A DNA stretch of 19,047 nucleotides from a bacterium (GCA_046484135.1 JAWOBU010000266.1:1-19047), one strand, 5' to 3'. Numbered from the stretch's first letter, positions 10,001-17,822 are shown. Notes: a model not told the origin generated them from the sequence alone. Program-made: numbers and translations.

Positions 10001-10041
10001 CTACTTAAATAAGGCTCCTGATGAAAATCTGTGGATGAAAT

Positions 10042-10316
10042 CACTCTTGTCCAAAACAGAATTTTAATTTCACGCAAAGACGCGAAGGCGCAAAATAAAA
10101 AACACAACAAGGTTAAGCCATTTTGACCTTTTTGAGGCATAACCCTCCGGCAAAACTTTTCAGGGAACCTGAAATTCATAATGCACCTTTTTGTACGTAT
10201 CAATACCGAGGTTTTACCATTTGATTCAAAATCAAAAACAATTCCAAATCCTTCGCGTCTCTGCGCCTTTGCGCGATATGATTCTCAGCCTTTCCTCCAT
10301 GTTTTGGACAGCAATG
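10042..10316. mobile_element. MITE-like non-autonomous element, copy 1 (~275 bp)
   Basis: Perfect 11-bp inverted repeat TGTCCAAAACA (10048-10058) / TGTTTTGGACA (10300-10310) inside imperfect ~17-bp ends. Flanked by ggatgaaat (10033-10041) and ggataaaat (10317-10325), an 8/9 direct repeat. Inner inverted arms TCACGCAAAGACGCGAAGGCGCAAA and CTTCGCGTCTCTGCGCCTTTGCGCGA. Confidence 0.75.
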
Positions 10317-10342
10317 GGATAAAATAGACTTCTCAGTAACCG

Positions 10343-10371
10343 ATTATCTTGACAATATGAACTTTTAACAA
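10343..10371 (-). promoter_or_regulatory. Putative sigma70 promoter for the kinase-lipB-MCP operon
   Basis: Minus strand TTGTTA-17 bp-GATAAT. Consensus match only. Confidence 0.35.
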
Positions 10372-10372
10372 G

Positions 10373-10669
10373 TCGGGGGACCAGTCCCCCGAACCCCCAG
10401 GGATTTTGAAGGCATGGCTCCGGTGGCCCATTAGTATTGACATTGTTACTTATGATTATAAAGGTTGTTTTGCGTTTTCCGCATTCTCGGCTGCCGGCGG
10501 GGAGAGGCCGGGCCGGTTCCGGCCTTTTCCCTATTCCCGCTGGAAGCCCTGAAAGCGATAAACGCATCTTTCTCTATCCACCCACACTAAAATACGTTGA
10601 ACCTTTAATGCTATGGGCCACCGGAGTAATGCCTGAAAAAATCCAAGGATGAAGGTAAGCAACAGCTTA
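10373..10669. repeat. Inverted-repeat (REP/MITE-like) element with ~42-bp arms and terminal mini-hairpins
   Basis: Arms at 10397-10438 and 10607-10648 share a perfect 14-bp core CTCCGGTGGCCCAT/ATGGGCCACCGGAG. Outer hairpins are TCGGGGGA-ccag-TCCCCCGA and TAAGC-aaca-GCTTA. Confidence 0.65.
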
Positions 10670-10783
10670 TATTCCACCCATAAATTCTTACAAGTCCACC
10701 CTTAAATAGTAACATAACGGTATAGGGTTAACAATAGATTGCCGCCGGGCCTTTAAGAAGGATAAAAAAGGTTAAAACTTGTT

Positions 10784-11896
10784 TTAAACCCGCATAGGCA
10801 TGATAACGCAGGTATAGTTCGGGTCCTCCTCGATGCTGATAACCGCAGGGGACTGCTCGTCCCGCAGGTGGACGATCAGGTTCTCCGCCTTGGTTACGTT
10901 CATGATGTCGATGAAATAGCGGTCGTTAAACGCCATCACCATCTTTTCGCCTTCGTAGTTTATTTCCAGTTCCGAGTAGGAGGTCCCGAAGTTGGGGTTC
11001 CTGCTGTCCATGGCAAGCTTGTTCTCGGTAAAGGTGAACTTTACCGCCCGGGCCTTCTCGTCCACCATTGTGGACGCCCGCCGCAAATGCTTTAGAAGCT
11101 CCTCGCATTTTATCACTGCCTTCTTGTCGCACCCCTCGATTATTACCCGGTTATAATCCGGAAACTTGCCGTCCACCAGCCGCATGAATATTACCGCGTC
11201 CTCCATCTTGAAAGCAGCGGACTTCTCCTGGATGGATACGCCCACCTCGCCCTCGTACTCTTCCAAAATCTTTATGACCTCGCCCATGCCCTTACGCGGA
11301 AGAAGCACGCTCTTTGTCAGGTTCAGCTCTGAAAGCTTAGGGCTCTGCCGGTCTATAAGCGCCAGCCGGTGCCCGTCCGTGGTTACCATCCTTATGGTGT
11401 CGCTGTCCTCCAGCTTCTCCGTGTAAATGCCGTTCAAGCTGAACCGGGAGTCCTCGCCGGCGGCAGCGTAAATGGTCCTGGTGACCATCTCCGTGATCAA
11501 GCCTGCCGGAAACCTGATAAACTCGTGATCCTCCACACTCGGGACCTTGGGATAATCCTCGGGAGAAAGACCCATGAGCTCGAACCGGTCGTTCTCCGAC
11601 TTTACCTCCATACGGTAGTCCTCGCCCGAACTCAGGTACACCGGTCCCGCCGGAAGCTCCCGGATGATGTCGTGAAGCTTCCTGGCGCTCAAGGTGATAC
11701 TGCCCGCGGATTGAACGTCCACCGGACACCGGTCCGTTATGGTAACCTCCAGGTCGGTGGCCACGATCTCCAGGCTGTCATCCTCCGCCTTGAGAAGAGT
11801 GTTGCTCAGGATGGGCATGGCGTTTTTTTTCTCGACGATGCCCTGCACCCTCCCCAGGCTCTTTAAAAAAGCGTCTCTTTCTATCACTATCTGCAT
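10784..11896 (-). CDS. dnaN: DNA polymerase III subunit beta (sliding clamp)
   Basis: 370 aa. Motifs MPILSNTLL, ATDLEV, LNGIY, MVTTDGHRLA, RLVDGKFPDY and C-terminal VIMPMRV. SD AAGGAGG. Lies downstream of dnaA. Confidence 0.98.
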   Translation of the reverse strand: MQIVIERDAFLKSLGRVQGIVEKKNAMPILSNTLLKAEDDSLEIVATDLEVTITDRCPVDVQSAGSITLSARKLHDIIRELPAGPVYLSSGEDYRMEVKSENDRFELMGLSPEDYPKVPSVEDHEFIRFPAGLITEMVTRTIYAAAGEDSRFSLNGIYTEKLEDSDTIRMVTTDGHRLALIDRQSPKLSELNLTKSVLLPRKGMGEVIKILEEYEGEVGVSIQEKSAAFKMEDAVIFMRLVDGKFPDYNRVIIEGCDKKAVIKCEELLKHLRRASTMVDEKARAVKFTFTENKLAMDSRNPNFGTSYSELEINYEGEKMVMAFNDRYFIDIMNVTKAENLIVHLRDEQSPAVISIEEDPNYTCVIMPMRV

Positions 11897-12310
11897 CCCG
11901 GTCCTCCTTGGCTTAACTTATTCTTTAACTCTCATTCATTCTGCCGAACCCGGTCGGCTCCAGTCTTTTCCCCTTCCCTCTTAATATTATCTCTATCTAT
12001 TTATAAGAAAAAGACCGTAATATCAAGCCCTGTTGGAAAGTGGACAAATACCGGCAAGGCTCCCGAGGATTTATAACAAGACGGCCGCTTACGCATTCCC
12101 CGTTCTTTTAGGCCAGCGGTGGGAAACAAGGTGGAAAACCTGGTGAGAACGGTTTGAGTTTTCGACACATCTATTTTCCACATCCGGCCAACAAGGTTCT
12201 TCTTAAAGTGGTCCACAGTTTTTCCCGCTGGTCCGGGTATAATCCTCCGCTTTTTTTACAACCTGGTTACGCCTCATCTTTTCCTTCTTGTAACCCCGTG
12301 AGGGGAACTC
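11897..12310. other. Putative replication origin (oriC) segment between dnaA and dnaN
   Basis: 414-bp intergenic region. DnaA-box-like 9-mers on the + strand: TTTTCCACA 12174-12182, TGGTCCACA 12209-12217. On the minus strand: TTTTCCACC 12130-12138, TTTCCCACC 12118-12126, TTGTCCACT 12039-12047, TTTCCAACA 12031-12039. An AT-rich stretch at 11981-12012 lies next to the last box pair. Confidence 0.75.
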
Positions 12311-13696
12311 TTACAGGTTACCTTGCCCGAGCTTTCTTTTCAGGGTTTCCAGGTGTTTGTTGAGCTCGAAGTTCGAGTTTTTATCAATCCCTATTTTACG
12401 GCAGGAATGGATGACGGTCGAGTGATCCCTTCCTCCGAAAAAGGACCCGATCTCCGGGAACGACATCCTGCACATTTCCCGGCAGAGGTACATGGCTATC
12501 TGTCTGGGGAGTGCGTACTTACGGTTTCTCTTGGCTGACTTTATGTCCGAGACCTTAACTTTGTAGAACCCGGCCACTGTTTTGGCCACCGCTTCGGGGG
12601 ACAGCCTTACTTCATTATCGTCCAGGATGGCGTGGATGACCTCTTCCGCCAGGGCCGTGGTCATGGGCGCACCCGAAAGCGAGGACAGGGCGGACAGCCG
12701 GATCAGGCTTCCTTCCAGTTTCCGTACATTGGTTTTTATCTGTTCGGCAAGAAAGATCATAACATCGTCCGGTACCTCGAGTCCCTCTATCTCCGCTTTG
12801 TAGCGCAGAATGGAAAGCCTGGTCTCGAACTCGGGCGGCTGGATGTCAACGATGATACCACTCTCGAACCGAGACCGGAGCCTCTCCTCCAGGGTCTTCA
12901 TCTCCTTTGGGAACTTGTCCGAGGTTATTATGATCTTCTTGCCCGCGGCATAAAGGTCGTTAAAGGTGTAAAAGAACTCATCCTGGGTTCGTTCCTTGCC
13001 AGCAAGGATTTCGATGTCGTCCATTAAAAGGACCTGGCAGTCCTTACGGTAGAACTTGCGGAAGTTGTCCATGTTCTCCGCACGGATGGCCTGGATCATC
13101 TCGTTCATGAAGTTTTCCGCCTGGAGAAGAATGATGCGCGTCTCCGGCTTCTTCCAGCGGATTTCGTTGCCGATGGCGTGCAGTAGATGCGTCTTGCCAA
13201 GTCCCACCCCGCCGTAGATGAAAAGTGGGTTATAGTTTTTGGCCTTTTTCTCGGCGACCGCGCGGCAGGCGGCGTAGGCGAACTGATTGGACGAGCCGGT
13301 AACAAAGTTGTCAAAGGTATACTTGGAGTTCAGCTCCGGGCAGGGGGTTTTACTGCCGGCACGGCTTCTTTTCCGCTCCACCGTATTGTCGCCGGAGGTT
13401 CCGGAAGCTTGCGGCTCGTCTTTTTCCGGAGAAGACAATCCCCGGGAAAGCTCCGGGTTTACCCGGAACGATACCTTTGCCTCCGGTCCCACCGCGGTAT
13501 CAACCGCGTTTTTAATGAGCCTCATACAGTTCTGTCGCAACCAGTCCATGACGAACTTGTTGGGAGTCTCTATCACCACCTTGTTTTGTTCCACGTCTCC
13601 TATGGAAACTCCCTGGAGCCATTTGTCCAGGTTCTCCGTTTGGACCTCTTTCTCGAACTCCTTCTCGATCTGCTTTAAAAGCTTGTTTCTTACCAT
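12311..13696 (-). CDS. dnaA: Chromosomal replication initiator DnaA
   Basis: LNSKYTFDNFVTGSSNQFA, YNPLFIYGGVGLGKTHLL (Walker A), LLMDDIE (Walker B), RLRSRF, and domain IV PRQIAMYL...SFPEIG..FGGRDHSTVIH. Confidence 0.99.
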   Translation of the reverse strand: MVRNKLLKQIEKEFEKEVQTENLDKWLQGVSIGDVEQNKVVIETPNKFVMDWLRQNCMRLIKNAVDTAVGPEAKVSFRVNPELSRGLSSPEKDEPQASGTSGDNTVERKRSRAGSKTPCPELNSKYTFDNFVTGSSNQFAYAACRAVAEKKAKNYNPLFIYGGVGLGKTHLLHAIGNEIRWKKPETRIILLQAENFMNEMIQAIRAENMDNFRKFYRKDCQVLLMDDIEILAGKERTQDEFFYTFNDLYAAGKKIIITSDKFPKEMKTLEERLRSRFESGIIVDIQPPEFETRLSILRYKAEIEGLEVPDDVMIFLAEQIKTNVRKLEGSLIRLSALSSLSGAPMTTALAEEVIHAILDDNEVRLSPEAVAKTVAGFYKVKVSDIKSAKRNRKYALPRQIAMYLCREMCRMSFPEIGSFFGGRDHSTVIHSCRKIGIDKNSNFELNKHLETLKRKLGQGNL

Positions 13697-13751
13697 GGCC
13701 TTCCTGACAATCTTCGAGTTTGGTCTTTGATTTTCCGGTCAAAGAGAAAAA

Positions 13752-13786
13752 TAGTCCACAGGTTTTTCCACAGGTGTGGAAAAACC
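13752..13786. promoter_or_regulatory. DnaA-box cluster upstream of dnaA (autoregulatory site or second origin segment)
   Basis: TAGTCCACA 13752-13760, TTTTCCACA 13764-13772 and inverted TGTGGAAAA 13775-13783. The last two lie in a perfect 12-bp inverted repeat GGTTTTTCCACA-gg-TGTGGAAAAACC. Confidence 0.75.
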
Positions 13787-13852
13787 ACCCCTTTAGTAAA
13801 TGTAGAGTTTATAGCAGGGTGACCTCGATATTTATATATTCGGTTTATAGAA

Positions 13853-13890
13853 GAGAAAAACCGGGAGAGCCTTATATAGAGAGGCTCTCC
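13853..13890 (-). terminator. Terminator/attenuator-like hairpin in the presumed dnaA leader
   Basis: 9-bp stem GGAGAGCCT/AGGCTCTCC (13864-13872/13882-13890) with a 9-nt loop, followed on the minus strand by CGGTTTTTCTC. Confidence 0.35.
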
Positions 13891-13916
13891 ACCACTTGCC
13901 TTGCTAAGATTACGAC

Positions 13917-13944
13917 AATTTACCAGAGCCAGCCCACTTGTCAA
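13917..13944 (-). promoter_or_regulatory. Putative sigma70 promoter of dnaA
   Basis: Minus strand TTGACA-16 bp-TAAATT with a TGn extended -10. Confidence 0.55.
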
Positions 13945-14423
13945 GAGAAAAATGTTCCCTTTGCAAAACAGTACACATTTTCTGTTCATCCGATTCTAAC
14001 CGGTTGCTAATCTAACTTTGCTCATTGTGTCCATAAATAGGCCCTCGCCCGCTTGGGAAGCGCTTAACATATTCTGGTCTCCATATGGCAGCAGAGCTCT
14101 TATGTCTTGATTCATATAGACCGGCAAGGGCGAAAAACCAAAGCCGACATGCTCTCCGGCGAGTTTTACATCCATCTTTTCCGGGCTCCCTGGCATGTTC
14201 TCTTATAGAGGTTGACCCCGCGGAAGCGCTTGATTGCGCGGTTTGCGCCTATCAAGGATTCAGAAAGTGATGTCCTTCACAGGAGACGCTGTTATTAGTG
14301 GAGGGACTTGAATTTTTTGTTATAAGCTCCGCCGCTGCTATGGAGCCGCCCGGAAGCGAACCTTTCCTTCGAGCTCCTCCAAGGCTTGCCATGGCCGGAA
14401 TTTTCCAGTACCTTGTTAGTTTC

Positions 14424-15695
14424 ATGGACTTGTTTTATATAAGCGAGACCTGCTTCAAGGTCGCGGCGGCTTTCTACCTGGTTGGCACGGTTTTATATCT
14501 TTTGTACCTCGCTCTTCGCCGGGACCTGGCCGGCCGCGTCGCCACCTATATCTCTGTGACAGCGCTTCTGTTTCATACCGGCGGGCTCGCCGCCCGCTGG
14601 ATGGAAGCCGGGATTAATCATCCCCCTTTTACCAATCTGTACGAATCGCTTCTTTTCTTTGCCTGGGGAATCGTACTTTTTTACCTGGTGCTGGAATGGC
14701 GCTACAAGTTCAAGGCAGGCGGCGCCTTTATTATACCGGTGGCGGTGGGAGCCATGGCCGCGGCGGTTCTCAACCCGGAGAGCGGCAAGGACATCCACGC
14801 CTTGATGCCGGCCTTGCAATCCTACTGGCTCCACGCCCACGTGGCGGTGGCCGCTCTTGCTTATGCAGGTTTCGTGGCCGCTTTCGGCACATCCTTGATG
14901 TTCATTATCAAGGACGGCACTCCGGTTCGATGGCTGGGCTTTTCATCCAACCTGTTCATGGCGTTCATGCTTCTTATAAGCGACCGCTTCAACATACTCA
15001 TCCACCGGGTCTTTACTTTGAACCAGGTCCGGGACGGCCAGGTAACCGACAAGCTGGCCGGCTTCCCGATACCCGGAATCATTCTTCTTATCGCCGCGGT
15101 CTACTTTATAATCGCCGCGGTGCTCTACCTCTACCGCACCGAGGAGAGGCCCGCAAAGGCCAGGACCATACTCGGAATCCCGTTCGGGCCTTTTGTTACC
15201 ATGCTGGGAACCGTGTTCACCTTGGCCGCTCTTTTGCTTCTCGTCCGCGCCGCGCTTACAAGCGATACAGTGGCGCTTTTCGGAAACCCCTTCAAGATAA
15301 TCATCCTGGCACTGGTGGTCTTTGTGGGAACGGCAAGTTTTATCTTCGACCTGAAGCTCTCGGCGCTCCGCGAGATACTGCCCCGCCCGGAGCTGCTCGA
15401 CTCGATTACCTACCAGACCATCACCGTGGCTTTCCCGCTTATGACCATGGTCATCATCACCGGCATGGTATGGGCAAAGGTGGCCTTTGGGCAGTACTGG
15501 CAGTGGGACCCCAAAGAAACCGCGTCCCTTATAACATGGATCATCTATACCGGGTATCTCCATGCCAAGGTGTCCCTGGACTGGCCCCCCCGGCGCGTCG
15601 CAGCCATCGCGATCCTCGGGTTCGCAAGCGTGGTCTTTACCTACCTCGGAGTAAACGCCATCGGAACCGGGTATCACTCCTATGCCGGGTTTTGA
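14424..15695 (+). CDS. ccsA: Cytochrome c biogenesis protein CcsA/ResC (System II)
   Basis: HPPFTNLYESLLFF, LMPALQSYWLHAHV, WWD domain WAKVAFGQYWQWDPKETASLITWIIYTGYLH and C-terminal GVN...G.HSY. Start is uncertain: ATG 14391 or 14424 is more plausible than GTG 14298. Confidence 0.92.
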   Translation: MDLFYISETCFKVAAAFYLVGTVLYLLYLALRRDLAGRVATYISVTALLFHTGGLAARWMEAGINHPPFTNLYESLLFFAWGIVLFYLVLEWRYKFKAGGAFIIPVAVGAMAAAVLNPESGKDIHALMPALQSYWLHAHVAVAALAYAGFVAAFGTSLMFIIKDGTPVRWLGFSSNLFMAFMLLISDRFNILIHRVFTLNQVRDGQVTDKLAGFPIPGIILLIAAVYFIIAAVLYLYRTEERPAKARTILGIPFGPFVTMLGTVFTLAALLLLVRAALTSDTVALFGNPFKIIILALVVFVGTASFIFDLKLSALREILPRPELLDSITYQTITVAFPLMTMVIITGMVWAKVAFGQYWQWDPKETASLITWIIYTGYLHAKVSLDWPPRRVAAIAILGFASVVFTYLGVNAIGTGYHSYAGF

Positions 15696-15710
15696 AACTC
15701 CTTAAAAAAC

Positions 15711-15982
15711 CAGTGCTGTTAAAAATATAAAACATAAGCAAAGAATTGTATCACGCAAAGACGCCATGACGCAGAGAATGGGGATCTCTTTTGAATTTAA
15801 AAACAAAAGACAAGACCACCGTAGCGGTCTGGCGAAGCCTGGCTTTTCCTGAATTGAGGTCCTTTGAAAAGCGGGCCGGAAGATGCTTTCCATAAAAAAT
15901 CGCAACGGCCCGAATCTCTTTGTTTTACCTTTGCGACTTTGTGCCTTTGCGTGAGAGAAAAAGTCTGTTTTGGAAAAGAGCG
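15711..15982. mobile_element. MITE-like element, copy 2 (~272 bp), inverted relative to copy 1
   Basis: The reverse complement aligns end to end with 10042-10316, e.g. CTCTTTTCCAAAACAGA vs CTCTTGTCCAAAACAGA, TCCGGC...CTTTTCA..G.ACCT..ATTCA, and ACAGCA.TGG. Inner arms are at 15751-15776 and 15929-15954. No target duplication is visible. Confidence 0.7.
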
Positions 15983-16087
15983 GTAGCAGGGCAGGGACCG
16001 GCCCGATCAAGACACTTTACAGATCAACCTCCCAGGATTTAAAATAAAAGGCTATAAATGTTTCAGTGCAAGGAAGAGAAGTAAGCC

Positions 16088-17458
16088 ATGAAGTCATTTT
16101 TCGAGCCGGAGAGCGCGGTGTTGATCGGGGCCTCGGCCAATCCTTACCGGCCGGGGCATCAGCTTTTTCAGAACATGAACATATCCTGCGGCGACCGTTT
16201 TTACCCGGTGAACCCGCGGGTAGACGAGATCGAGGGAAAGAAGTGCTACCAGAGTGTGCTTGATATCCCGGAAGCCGCGGACGTGGCGGTGATCTTCATT
16301 TCCGCGGCGGGGGTTCCCGACGCAATGGAGGACTGCGCCACTCGGGGCATAAAACGGGTCATCATCGAGTCGGGCGGTTTTGCCGAGACCGGCTTGGAAG
16401 GAGAGAAACTCCAGGAGCGCTGCGCGGCAACCGCCCGGGCGTCCGGCATGCGGCTGTGGGGACCGAACTGCATGGGGACCATCAACGTTCACCGGACCAA
16501 GGTCCTGTCTTTTTTAATGACCCGGATGTGGAAGGACAGTTTTATTCCCGGCCGGGTGTCCCTGGTGGTCCAGAGCGGGATGCTGTCCGCTGGTTTTCTG
16601 CTTCATATTCTTTCCCGCACTCCTTTCGGTCTTTCCAAGATAGCATCCATCGGCAACAAGGCGGACGTGGACGAGGTTGACGTTCTCGAGTACCTGGTGG
16701 ACGACCCCGAGACCGGCGTAATAGGCCTTTATCTCGAGTCCATCCGGAGGGGCCGCCGCTTTTTCGAGCTTTGCAAAAACACGACGAAGCCGGTGGTGGT
16801 GTTAAAGGGAGGCCGGACCAGCCAGGGCCACAGCGCGGCCGGGTCCCATACTGCGGCGCTTGCCCAGGACGACGCCGTACTGGACGCGGCCTTCCGGCAG
16901 GCGGGCATAGTCCGGGCCTACGGCATGACCGAGCTTATGGACCTGGCCCGCTGCCTGGAGATGGGAGAGGTCCCGCCCACTGACCGCGTCCGGGTGGCGG
17001 TGCTGACTTTTTCCGGGGGCGCCGGAGTGGTAACCTCTGACGACCTCCACGATTACGGCATGGAGCTGGCCGAGCTGTCTCCCCATACCACCGCCCGGAT
17101 TAAAAAGGTGTTCCCCGACTGGATGGACCCGGCCAACCCGGTGGACCTCTACCCCGCCATTGAGAAGAACGGGCCCCAGAACACCATGAAGGAAAGCCTG
17201 GAAGCGGTCATGGAGGACCCCGCCGTAGACGCGGCCTACATCCATATCTTCGCGCCCCCGGTGGACAGGCCCATCTTCGACTATGACAAGCTTTGCGAAA
17301 AGTTGAAGTCATACCAAAAGCCGGTGGTGGTCTGGATCATGGGCCATGCTGAAGCATCGCGGAAAATCCAGGCGGAGATGGAAAGCCGCGGCATCCCGGT
17401 GGCGGAGGAAATCCAGAGAGGAGTGCGCATGCTCTCCGCCATGACCAGGCGAAGATAG
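16088..17458 (+). CDS. Acyl-CoA synthetase (ADP-forming) alpha-subunit-like, CoA-binding protein
   Basis: FFEPESAVLIGAS, YPVNP, IIESGGFAE, LWGPNCMG, VVQSG, SIGNKADVDE, phospho-His motif AAGSHTAALA, LTFSGGAGV and ANPVDL. No ATP-grasp domain. Confidence 0.9.
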   Translation: MKSFFEPESAVLIGASANPYRPGHQLFQNMNISCGDRFYPVNPRVDEIEGKKCYQSVLDIPEAADVAVIFISAAGVPDAMEDCATRGIKRVIIESGGFAETGLEGEKLQERCAATARASGMRLWGPNCMGTINVHRTKVLSFLMTRMWKDSFIPGRVSLVVQSGMLSAGFLLHILSRTPFGLSKIASIGNKADVDEVDVLEYLVDDPETGVIGLYLESIRRGRRFFELCKNTTKPVVVLKGGRTSQGHSAAGSHTAALAQDDAVLDAAFRQAGIVRAYGMTELMDLARCLEMGEVPPTDRVRVAVLTFSGGAGVVTSDDLHDYGMELAELSPHTTARIKKVFPDWMDPANPVDLYPAIEKNGPQNTMKESLEAVMEDPAVDAAYIHIFAPPVDRPIFDYDKLCEKLKSYQKPVVVWIMGHAEASRKIQAEMESRGIPVAEEIQRGVRMLSAMTRRR

Positions 17459-17531
17459 AGTCGATAGGGCATTTGAGAGGATTTTTAAGTTTTTTTGTTT
17501 TTTCTGGTAGGCAGGAAACAACAGTTCTTTC

Positions 17532-17822
17532 TTATAGCCTGTTCTTCCAGTAGTCGGGGTATCTTTGCAGATGCATGACTGCGAGGACGAAGATACAGTC
17601 AGACTCGATGCTATAGAGGACACCAAAGGGGAAACGGTGGACAAGACAGCGATGAATATCTTCTTGCAGTAGAGGCCATGCGTCCGGGTAGCACAAAATA
17701 TTCTTCAGACAATCATATATCGCCACGGCAAACTCCTCGCCGAGGCCCGGCTCGCAATCTTCATAAAAGTCAACAGCCTCCAGGAATTCCTTGTAAGCCG
17801 CGGGGTGAAAGTCAAATTTCAT
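17532..17822 (-). CDS. Type II toxin, RelE/ParE family
   Basis: 96 aa: FHPAAYKEFLEAVDFYE...GLGEEF...RCLVHRFPFGVLY...VLAVMHLQRYPDYWKNR. Overlaps the antitoxin by ATGA. Confidence 0.9.
   Translation of the reverse strand: MKFDFHPAAYKEFLEAVDFYEDCEPGLGEEFAVAIYDCLKNILCYPDAWPLLQEDIHRCLVHRFPFGVLYSIESDCIFVLAVMHLQRYPDYWKNRL

Noticed and set aside
9997..10652. Short ORFs 9997-10203, 10232-10567 and 10437-10652
   Set aside because: They run through the repeat elements, lack SD sequences and have no recognisable motifs. Peptides such as FASLRE and SRKGAE are translations of the CGCAAAG repeat.
10574..10702. Three TCCACCC motifs downstream of dnaN as extra DnaA boxes
   Set aside because: Each has two or more mismatches to TTATCCACA, spacing is irregular, and one lies inside a repeat element.
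13587..13602. parS-like TGTTCCACGT inside dnaA
   Set aside because: Only one half-site matches. The second half of TGTTNCACGTGAAACA is missing.
13690..14297. rpmH or another small gene upstream of dnaA
   Set aside because: No MKRT-type L34 frame was found. The short ORFs here overlap the promoter and DnaA boxes and have no recognisable features.
10042..15982. Idea that the dnaN-dnaA-ccsA block was inverted by recombination between the two MITE copies, or forms a composite transposon
   Set aside because: Copy 1 still has its own matching 9-bp flanks on both sides, which an inversion between the copies would have separated. The copies are also highly diverged and no transposase is present.
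15702..16010. 102-aa minus-strand ORF
   Set aside because: It is a read-through of MITE copy 2 (SHAKAQSRK, MASLRD) and not a credible gene.
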